Source: Clostridia bacterium
GTDB lineage: Bacteria > Bacillota > Clostridia > Oscillospirales > CAG-272
Length of the DNA: 52,406 bases
Assembly (NCBI GenBank): GCA_017482495.1
Contig: JAFUMU010000045.1
Span: 1-52,406, forward strand
Direction of reading: 5' to 3'
Part shown: positions 45,769 to 52,406 of the stretch, one piece after another
Layout of the letters: every line of letters starts with the position of its first letter
How positions within the stretch are numbered: position 1 is the first letter of the stretch
Position numbers and translations under genes: made by a program
The notes under the pieces: model-generated
What the model was told of the DNA's origin: nothing
The model's database searches: none
Seen by the model: the letters and a program-made list of their open reading frames with translations, nothing else

Positions 45769-47046
45769 TTACTGATTGAGAAGCTTCTTGATTGCAACGA
45801 TCTCAACGCAGAGGCAGAGGATAGCAACTGCGCTGCGGAGGTTATCGTTTGTGGGGAATGTGGGAGCGATACGGAGGTGACGGTCGCGGGGGTCTACTCC
45901 GTAGGGGTAGGAAGCGCCTGCCTTTGTAAGCGCAACGCCCATTTCGCCTGCAAGGTCATACACAGCCTTAGCGCATCCATCGGGAACAGCAAGGTCTACA
46001 AAGTAGCCGCCCTTGGGCTCTGTCCACTCTGCGATGCCTGTAAGGTTAGCTCTGAATGCCTCGATAACGATATCAAACTTAGGTCTGATGATCTCAGCGT
46101 GGCGCTTCATATGCTCCTTGATACCGTCAGCTGTCTTGAAGTACTTAACGTGACGGAGCTGGTTCATCTTATCGCTACCGATAGTCTGCGCACCGAGAAG
46201 GGGCTTGATCTGATTGATATTGTTTTCGCTTGCAACCATGAGAGCGATACCGTTGCCGGGGAATGTGATCTTGGATGTGGAAGCGAACTCGAAGATCATG
46301 TCCTCGTTGCCGTGCTTTGCAGCCTCCTCGAAGATATCGAGAAGAACGGGAGCATCGTCGTAAAGGTCGTGAACTGCGTATGCGTTATCCCAGAAGATTC
46401 TGAAGTCGTCCGCTGCAGGCTTAAGAGCTGCGAAGCGGCGAACTGTTTCATCGGAATAAACAACGCCCTCGGGGTTGGAATACTTAGGTACGCACCAGAT
46501 ACCCTTGATCGTGGGATCGATGGAAACAAGCTTCTCTACCATATCCATATCGGGGCCGTCTGCCTTCATCTCGATAGGAATAAGCTCAAATCCGAGAGTT
46601 TCTGTAACAAAGAAGTGTCTGTCGTAGCCGGGTGCGGGGCAGAGGAACTTTACCTTACCCTGCTGGCCCCAGGGTCTCGCACCGCCGTACACACCGAAGA
46701 TAAGTGCACGTGCGATAGTGTCGTACATCATATTGAGAGCAGAGTTGCCGCCGATGATAACTCTTTCGGGAGTTGTATCCATAAGGTCGGCAAAAAGTTT
46801 CTTTGCCGCAGGAATACCGTCAAGAATACCGTAGTTACGGCAATCGAATCCGCTTTCATCAAAGCAATCTTCTTTTGTATTTATAACATTAAGGATATCA
46901 AGAGACAGGTCCAGCTGCTCTGCGTTGGGCTTGCCGCGTGTAAGGTCGAGAGAAAGTCCCTTTGCCTTCCATTCTGCAAGAGCTGCTTCTTTTTCCGCAA
47001 GACGAGCGCGGAGTTCTTCCGCTGTAAGTGTATTAAGTGCGTTCAT
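45769..47046 (-). CDS. Class I/II PLP-dependent aminotransferase (aspartate-aminotransferase-like)
   Basis: 425 aa. LTRGKP..EQLDLS N-terminal region, FDNAY-type WDNAYAVHD, and PLP-lysine context ASTSKITFPG. Confidence 0.85.
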   Translation of the reverse strand: MNALNTLTAEELRARLAEKEAALAEWKAKGLSLDLTRGKPNAEQLDLSLDILNVINTKEDCFDESGFDCRNYGILDGIPAAKKLFADLMDTTPERVIIGGNSALNMMYDTIARALIFGVYGGARPWGQQGKVKFLCPAPGYDRHFFVTETLGFELIPIEMKADGPDMDMVEKLVSIDPTIKGIWCVPKYSNPEGVVYSDETVRRFAALKPAADDFRIFWDNAYAVHDLYDDAPVLLDIFEEAAKHGNEDMIFEFASTSKITFPGNGIALMVASENNINQIKPLLGAQTIGSDKMNQLRHVKYFKTADGIKEHMKRHAEIIRPKFDIVIEAFRANLTGIAEWTEPKGGYFVDLAVPDGCAKAVYDLAGEMGVALTKAGASYPYGVDPRDRHLRIAPTFPTNDNLRSAVAILCLCVEIVAIKKLLNQ

Positions 47047-47130
47047 TTGTCTTATCCTCTCTTTACTAAAAAGTTAACAATGAATTTTTTCATGCGTCGA
47101 AATGTCAAAATTGTTACACACAACAGCATC

Positions 47131-47159
47131 ATTATAATACATCAGGTCGAAAAATGCAA
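47131..47159 (-). promoter_or_regulatory. Candidate aminotransferase promoter (TTGCAT-17-TATAAT)
   Basis: Minus strand: TTGCAT (47154-47159), 17-nt spacer, TATAAT (47131-47136). Confidence 0.55.
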
Positions 47160-47271
47160 GTGAAAACTAAAAAATATTCAAAAATTATTTATACGGCCTA
47201 AAAAAGACGTTGCAGATGCAATTTTTGTGTGGTACAATATGTAAAAATGTACATTTCAACGGGGTTTTGTA

Positions 47272-47889
47272 ATGACCATACTGTTTTTATGCCTGTTTGC
47301 AGTATCTCTTGTATACTGCCTTTTTATCCACTTTCTTTGCATGAAAAAGAAAGCAGTTCTGAGAATATCCCGCATATACCGACTTTCCGCAGCTGTGGGA
47401 GCAATTATTTTTTTGCTCACTCTCATAGTATATTATGCCCGGCTTCTGACCCTTGATAACGAGGGCGTTGCATCCGTCATATCCACGGTATTCCTTGTAT
47501 ATATCGTGCCTGTTGCAGTGCTCAGTATACTCATTTTCGCGCTCTCTCTTGCAGCCCACCTCACTCGTCAGAGGCTTGCATTCGTTACTCCGTATATAAG
47601 CCATTTAACATCTATATTCATCCTTCTGTGGACGCTTATATACGAGGCGTGGTCATATTACGAGGAATTTGAGATCACTCTCTATATTCAGCTTACCGGA
47701 ATAGCCATATCTCTTATTCTTCTGTACCCTGCCCACCTTTGCTACAAAAGATTTGCACTGAGATTCGACGATAAGGAATTCATGAAAATACGCAAATACG
47801 GCGACCCGAAAAAGCTTGAACATCAGCAGGAGAAGCAGCATATCAGGGAAACGAAAGCACGTATCAAGAGCCAAACGAAAAAGAAATAA
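47272..47889 (+). CDS. Hypothetical polytopic membrane protein with lysine-rich C-terminus
   Basis: 205 aa with about 5 hydrophobic helices and tail ...QQEKQHIRETKARIKSQTKKK. Weak RBS and no recognisable family. Confidence 0.5.
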   Translation: MTILFLCLFAVSLVYCLFIHFLCMKKKAVLRISRIYRLSAAVGAIIFLLTLIVYYARLLTLDNEGVASVISTVFLVYIVPVAVLSILIFALSLAAHLTRQRLAFVTPYISHLTSIFILLWTLIYEAWSYYEEFEITLYIQLTGIAISLILLYPAHLCYKRFALRFDDKEFMKIRKYGDPKKLEHQQEKQHIRETKARIKSQTKKK

Positions 47890-47950
47890 CAAAAAGCCTT
47901 GCCGGGATCGGAGTTTACCGATTTATGACAAGGCTTTCTCAATTATTACG

Positions 47951-49873
47951 TTATCTCCAGCTTCCCTTTGATATCCTGTATTTCATCTCAAAGGAATCCA
48001 CCATATTAATTTCTCCGTCGCCATCAATATCAAGGGCAAGGATCTCCTTTTCTGTAGGGATCGCCTCCTGCTTCACAAACAGCTTCAGCCTGAACAGATC
48101 AAGCATTGACAATTCACCGTCATCATCGACGTCTCCCGTTGTTACGGTGCTTTCGTAATAAACGGTCACATCTGACAGCTCTTCTACATTAGACGTCAAG
48201 GCCGCCCACTGCTCTGCTGTTCCGCCATAGTATACAGCTTCAATATTATCCGTACCCTTAAAAGCTCGGCGTTCAATTTTCACAACACTTGCAGGAATGG
48301 AAAGCACTTTTAACGCCTGTAAGTCTCTAAACGCATAAGCAGGTATCTCTAAAACACCGTCACAGATACTAATAAAGCTTATGTTCTCACAACACATAAA
48401 GTCAAACCCAAGCTCCTCAACACTACCCGGTATCTCCGCCCGTGTGAAGCTGCACCCCACAAAGGCTCTGTCACCGATAACCTTAAGACAATCAGGGAAA
48501 CGAAGGTTTTCCAATGAATAACAGTATTCAAACGCTTCACTTCCTATGTATTCAACACCGTTTCCGAAGTCTACGCTTTCAAGCGAACCGCAATTGTAAA
48601 AAGCTCCTGAGTCTATAACCTTGACGGAATCGGAAATGACTGCGGCCACAAGCAATTCACAATCGGAAAATGCGCCACGTCCAACCCTTTCGACACCGCT
48701 TGGAATAACGACGGAGGTCATATCTCCGCAAGATAAAAATGCACACTGGCCAACAGCTACTACGGGAATACCGTTTAATTGATACGGTAGCTCACCTTCA
48801 GTCCATGTGCTGCCTTCAGTAATAACAGCTTCATCATTTACAACGTAATACGCCAGGAGCCCTCTGTCCGTTTCAAAGGTCTTGACGATATCCTCAGATC
48901 TGTCGTAACCGTATTGTATGGGTAAAGTTGCCAAGGCTTCATTTCCCGTACCCTTTTCAACAGCCATCAGCTCTTCTTCACTTCCCTCGTAGTATACTGC
49001 CTCAAGAGAATAATACGGGAGCGCATTATCTCCCAACTTTTTCAGGGAAGCAGGGATAGCTATCACAGAAAGCGAAGAGCAATAATATAGCGCATTGTCG
49101 CCAATATACTCCAAAGCGGATGGCATGACCGCATTGATCTCACGTCCGTGGAAAGCCTCTGCCCCTATTCGCCTGATGCTGTCGGGCAGCTTTACTGACG
49201 AATGCTCCAAGCCCGGCAATGTCCAAAACGCGTGGCATCCGATAGCAGTGACCGGACATCCCTCTATCTCTGCAGGGATCACAAGGTCTTTTCCTTCGGA
49301 GCCCGATGAGATCGTCACCTCACCGTTACATATATAATAATTGACGGTGCCGCCCTCAACCTGAAGGGTTCCGTACCTTACCCCTGCTTCTGCATCAAAA
49401 TTATATACAACGTCACGTCTCTCAAGGTATTCGTTGCCGCTTCCGATGTTTATACTTTCCCACTGCTCTTTCGTCCCTGTGTAAAACACGGTTTCCAGAG
49501 ATTCGCACCATGAAAAAGCTTCGTCCTCTATATCGGTGACCTTAGAATACATAACTACCGTCTTTAGATTATAGCACTCACCGAAGGCATTGCCTTTAAT
49601 GGTGTAAAGATACGGAGAGAGCTCTATTGACTGTAGCGTTTCGCATCTTACAAACGCGCCGATTCCCATATGGCGTACAGGCTTTCCGTCTATGGAAGCA
49701 GGAATCACTACGTTTGTCCCTGTAGAGCCATCAGCAATGTACACCTGTCCGTCATAATAATACCACTCCAGCATACCCGTATCAGTAGGAATACTTGCCG
49801 CGCCCACTCGAACGACCGGAACAGCAGACAGCAAGAGTACAAAAACCACAAGAAATGATACTATTCTCTTCAT
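47951..49873 (-). CDS. Secreted leucine-rich-repeat (BspA-like) protein with C-terminal dockerin
   Basis: 640 aa. Signal peptide MKRIVSFLVVFVLLLSAVPVV. Repeated ...IP.S(V/L)..IG..AF..C..L... units. C-terminal dockerin GDVDDDGELSMLD...LDIDGDGEINMVD. RBS AGGAGGG. Confidence 0.8.
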   Translation of the reverse strand: MKRIVSFLVVFVLLLSAVPVVRVGAASIPTDTGMLEWYYYDGQVYIADGSTGTNVVIPASIDGKPVRHMGIGAFVRCETLQSIELSPYLYTIKGNAFGECYNLKTVVMYSKVTDIEDEAFSWCESLETVFYTGTKEQWESINIGSGNEYLERRDVVYNFDAEAGVRYGTLQVEGGTVNYYICNGEVTISSGSEGKDLVIPAEIEGCPVTAIGCHAFWTLPGLEHSSVKLPDSIRRIGAEAFHGREINAVMPSALEYIGDNALYYCSSLSVIAIPASLKKLGDNALPYYSLEAVYYEGSEEELMAVEKGTGNEALATLPIQYGYDRSEDIVKTFETDRGLLAYYVVNDEAVITEGSTWTEGELPYQLNGIPVVAVGQCAFLSCGDMTSVVIPSGVERVGRGAFSDCELLVAAVISDSVKVIDSGAFYNCGSLESVDFGNGVEYIGSEAFEYCYSLENLRFPDCLKVIGDRAFVGCSFTRAEIPGSVEELGFDFMCCENISFISICDGVLEIPAYAFRDLQALKVLSIPASVVKIERRAFKGTDNIEAVYYGGTAEQWAALTSNVEELSDVTVYYESTVTTGDVDDDGELSMLDLFRLKLFVKQEAIPTEKEILALDIDGDGEINMVDSFEMKYRISKGSWR

Positions 49874-50002
49874 ACAGATCCCTCCTAATATTTCCTGTTA
49901 ACATTATAACACAGAGAAGACTACGGTCGCAACAAAAAACGTTTGGTCTGCAGATTCGTGGAAATACACATTTTTGAAGCTTTACGCTTGGTGATAAAAA
50001 CG

Positions 50003-50053
50003 AAAAAAACACGGTTTTAGGCAAATGGTTAAATATGCCCGCCGTGTTTTTAT
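50003..50053. terminator. Bidirectional terminator-like hairpin after degV
   Basis: AAAAACACGG...CCGTGTTTTT outer stem with an inner GGCA/TGCC stem. A and T runs on both sides. Confidence 0.55.
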
Positions 50054-50099
50054 TTTATGCATTTGTATAAAGCGTTTACTCCTTACAGTAGAGCCGCTT

Positions 50100-50963
50100 T
50101 CAGCTTAAATAATACAGCACTCCCAGGGTGTTGGGACCGCAATGGCTGGAAATAACGCCGCCTGCTCTTGTGATACAGATCTCGTCAAAATGCCCCAGCG
50201 CTTCAAGTCTGCTTTTAACTCTCTCGATGATCTCTTCACTGCATCCGGAATGGGTTATAAACACTCTTTCGCGGTCAGCCATCATAAGCTCGTCTGTCAT
50301 TTCTTCAACATATTTATCAAGAACGATCTCAAGCTTTCCTCTCAGCTTTTTGCCGACACCCATGGAGCCGTCCTTAACGGAAATAACGGGATGGAGCTTG
50401 AGGGTATTTGCCATAAGTGCTGTAACAGCGTTACATCTGCCGCCGCGAGCAAGATATGTAAGTGTATCAACAACGAAACTTGCGCGCACCTTGCTTCTCT
50501 CGCCTTCGATCTCGGAAACGATCTCCTCTGCACTCTTACCCTCACTTGCAAGTCTCGCGGCGCGAAGCACCTGAAGACCGATGCCTGTGGAAAGATTCTC
50601 AGAATCGATAACGAAAAGGCGCTCATAGGGAGTGTCCTCCGCAATAATTCTCGCAACGTTGCAGGTGGTGCTCATCTTGCTTGAGATACCAAAGAATATA
50701 ATGTCGTCGCCTGCTTCCATAAAAGGCTTAAGAACATCTGTCGCCTTGTCAAAGGGAATAGCTGCTGTTTTGGGAGTGGTCTTATTTGCATCCGCCCATG
50801 CATAAAGCTCATCGGGAGTTATATTCTCGCCGTCAAAATAGCTGTCCTCTCCCATAATAACACAGAGAGGAATAACTGAAATATCATATTTGGCAAGAAG
50901 TTCCTTCGAAAGATCGCAAGTGCTGTCTGCTACGATTCTGACTTTACTCATACTAATCACCAT
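50100..50963 (-). CDS. DegV-family fatty-acid-binding protein
   Basis: 287 aa. VRIVADSTCDL N-terminus and full-length DegV layout. An alternative start at 50951 (MSKVRIV) is equally plausible. Confidence 0.9.
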   Translation of the reverse strand: MVISMSKVRIVADSTCDLSKELLAKYDISVIPLCVIMGEDSYFDGENITPDELYAWADANKTTPKTAAIPFDKATDVLKPFMEAGDDIIFFGISSKMSTTCNVARIIAEDTPYERLFVIDSENLSTGIGLQVLRAARLASEGKSAEEIVSEIEGERSKVRASFVVDTLTYLARGGRCNAVTALMANTLKLHPVISVKDGSMGVGKKLRGKLEIVLDKYVEEMTDELMMADRERVFITHSGCSEEIIERVKSRLEALGHFDEICITRAGGVISSHCGPNTLGVLYYLS

Positions 50964-51052
50964 TTTATACTATATTTTTGCATCTTTCGATACATCGTGA
51001 TGTATGTTACCACAGACGGATGAACAAATAATTAATTTTTATTTAACATTTG

Positions 51053-52003
51053 TTAACTTATTGTTTCGGAAACGTACAGTGCTTTACCGTCAATATCACA
51101 ACAGTCCATAGAAACTTGGGTCAATGCACTGTTTTCATATGTCCTGTAGTAGTAGATACATTTGTCGGTGTTGCAGCAGCAGGAATATCTTGTGTATTCA
51201 TACTGTCCGTCGGGGGTCATAACACAGCCCAGCGGCATCGCTACAGAGCCTAAAATGTGAAAAAATTGGGCAACGCTTTGCTTTTCATCTCCCGTTTTCG
51301 GAGATTTTGAGCGCACAAAGGCGGCGCGGACAAATCTTGAGGCGGAGGTGTAGTCTCCGGGAAGCCCTATTGCTCCTGTACCAAGACTGTGATTGCTTAA
51401 GGAGACATTCTTTGAAAGACGGTTTTCAGCCGCTCCCTCGTGGAGTGACATATAATTTGCGATATTTGTCATGTGGTAGTCATAAGTGGGATTGTTTGTC
51501 AGAACACCCAGCGGTGCATCGTATATTTTAACACCCTCACCCACACATTCAACTACCATAGACTCATCACGGTCGGATATTATCCAATGTAGGGGAGAAA
51601 GAGGCAACTCATCACTGAAATTGATGCTGACATGATTGAATGAATACAGTGCTTCGCGCGCCTCGGAAACATTTGCATATAAGCCAAGTATCCAAGGAAT
51701 AAATTCAAAAGGCGTTATATTCGTTTTGCCTTCGGTGTACGGCTTGTAATCAGCATTGCCGGGAAAATTCAGCCCCGCCATGCTAAGTCCCTTCTCGTTG
51801 GTGGCTTCATAATATAAAGGATATCCGTCAACCACCGTAGCCATGCCTATCATGGCATAGTGGTGTTCCACCGGCGCCTCGCAACGAAAATAAAATTTGT
51901 AATTTCTCGGAGTTATAACAACACGCTCATTGTATGAACGTTCAAGATCAAGATTTCTGCCGAAATAGTGACATTCGGTTTTGTATGTTACAGCAGTACA
52001 CAT
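51053..52003 (-). CDS. Choloylglycine hydrolase family (linear amide C-N hydrolase; bile-salt-hydrolase/penicillin-V-acylase type)
   Basis: Begins MCTAVTYKT..YFGRNLD, so the Ntn nucleophile Cys is residue 2. ATG at 52003 lies 8 nt after AAGGAAG. The GTG start in the ORF track (52012) would bury the nucleophile. Confidence 0.85.
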   Translation of the reverse strand: MCTAVTYKTECHYFGRNLDLERSYNERVVITPRNYKFYFRCEAPVEHHYAMIGMATVVDGYPLYYEATNEKGLSMAGLNFPGNADYKPYTEGKTNITPFEFIPWILGLYANVSEAREALYSFNHVSINFSDELPLSPLHWIISDRDESMVVECVGEGVKIYDAPLGVLTNNPTYDYHMTNIANYMSLHEGAAENRLSKNVSLSNHSLGTGAIGLPGDYTSASRFVRAAFVRSKSPKTGDEKQSVAQFFHILGSVAMPLGCVMTPDGQYEYTRYSCCCNTDKCIYYYRTYENSALTQVSMDCCDIDGKALYVSETIS

Positions 52004-52095
52004 AAAATACACTTCCTTTCATTTAAATAATAATATACCTTAATTATTACTGTATTAATACAAAAAAATAAATTTTCTTTTTTTCATAAAAACGC

Positions 52096-52124
52096 TTGAC
52101 AATTGAAAATTCATGTGATAATAT
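52096..52124 (+). promoter_or_regulatory. tRNA promoter (TTGACA-17-TAATAT)
   Basis: TTGACA at 52096-52101, 17-nt spacer, TAATAT at 52119-52124, about 27 nt before the tRNA 5' end. Confidence 0.6.
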
Positions 52125-52150
52125 ATCAAGGTCAGCGAAACAGTTGATGT

Positions 52151-52226
52151 GCGCCCGTAGCTCAGCGGATAGAGTGCCCGGCTACGAACCGGTAGGCCAC
52201 AGGTTCGAATCCTGTCGGGCGCGCCA
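52151..52226 (+). tRNA. tRNA-Arg (anticodon ACG), CCA encoded
   Basis: Cloverleaf read by eye. Acceptor GCGCCCG/CGGGCGC. D arm GCTC-AGCGGATA-GAGT. Anticodon arm CCGG-CTACGAA-CCGG. T arm ACAGG-TTCGAAT-CCTGT. Ends GCCA. Confidence 0.9.
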
Positions 52227-52227
52227 T

Positions 52228-52265
52228 AAAAACAAAAGCCATCCAATTGGATGGCTTTTGTTTTT
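52228..52265 (+). terminator. Intrinsic terminator after tRNA-Arg
   Basis: AAAAACAAAAGCCATCC-AATT-GGATGGCTTTTGTTTTT, a perfect 17-bp palindrome including the A and T runs. Confidence 0.85.
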
Positions 52266-52274
52266 ATATTGTAC

Positions 52275-52300
52275 CGCTACCGACAGGATTCGAAAGCTGT
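52275..52300 (-). pseudogene. Inverted fragment resembling the T-arm/acceptor 3' part of tRNA-Arg
   Basis: The reverse complement of 52275-52300 reads ACAGCTTTCGAATCCTGTCGGTAGCGG. The tRNA at 52199-52224 reads ACAGGTTCGAATCCTGTCGGGCGCG. The core TTCGAATCCTGTCGG (15/15) is identical, and no 5' half of a tRNA is present. Confidence 0.55.
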
Positions 52301-52406
52301 GCTTCGATGAAGTTTAGCTTTTCCTCGTGGTTTGATCGCGAAGCACCCGAAAAGCTCCGCTTTTCCTTTTCTTTAGCTTGGCGGCGACAAAAACAGTCCG
52401 GTGGAC

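Noticed and set aside
45877-47163. 428-aa plus-strand ORF covering the whole aminotransferase locus
   Set aside because: It is an antisense shadow of a clearly recognisable PLP aminotransferase. The translation is Cys-rich and of low plausibility, has no RBS and shows no family resemblance.
52055-52317. ORFs of 63 and 73 aa at the right end
   Set aside because: They overlap tRNA-Arg, its promoter and its terminator, so they are not protein-coding.
52270-52406. T-box or other riboswitch, or a second tRNA, on the minus strand at the window edge
   Set aside because: There is no T-box consensus (GGTGGTACCGCG), and no complete cloverleaf because the 5' acceptor partner is absent. The region is truncated by the window, so only the tRNA-fragment similarity is reported.

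Overview
This 52.4-kb window is chromosomal and mostly core genome. It comes from a mid-GC Firmicute of the Clostridia. Two dockerin-bearing secreted proteins suggest a cellulosome-producing Ruminococcus-like organism. All calls rest on reading the sequence and ORF translations and on motif recall; no searches were run.

Content from left to right:
- An IS481-like insertion sequence at the left edge.
- A three-gene rare-ketose module on the minus strand: ketose 3-epimerase, PfkB kinase, class II aldolase.
- A dockerin-DUF4838 protein and a histidine phosphatase.
- rpsB-tsf on the minus strand, an SleL/YaaH-like LysM-GH18 protein, a divergent enolase, and an NADP-IDH.
- A dual-HTH LuxR-type regulator.
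- The ffs(SRP RNA)-dnaX-ybaB-recR block.
- The pyrH-frr-uppS-cdsA-dxr-rseP-ispG-polC block, with a desulfoferrodoxin-BFD fusion gene inserted between pyrH and frr.
- A small accessory patch at 30-37 kb: a TM-TPR-YwqG/DUF1963 fusion, a YD-repeat lipoprotein, a membrane-anchored HExxH protein, two XRE regulators, two membrane proteins (one with a zinc ribbon), ylmC, and a GNAT.
- PFOR, then a translationally coupled CotH-like/VTC/DUF4956 operon.
- An aminotransferase, an LRR-dockerin protein, DegV, an Ntn choloylglycine-hydrolase-family protein, and tRNA-Arg(ACG).

I saw no CRISPR array, rRNA, integrase, or recognisable defence or prophage module.

The most interesting items are:
- the uncharacterised CotH/VTC/DUF4956 operon;
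- a structured intergenic repeat present in two inverted copies 13.5 kb apart, with compensatory long hairpins;
- a hairpin-dense 380-nt intergenic region with a duplicated roughly 30-nt hairpin;
- the Dfx-BFD fusion;
- the TM-TPR-YwqG fusion;
- an inverted tRNA 3' fragment at the right edge.
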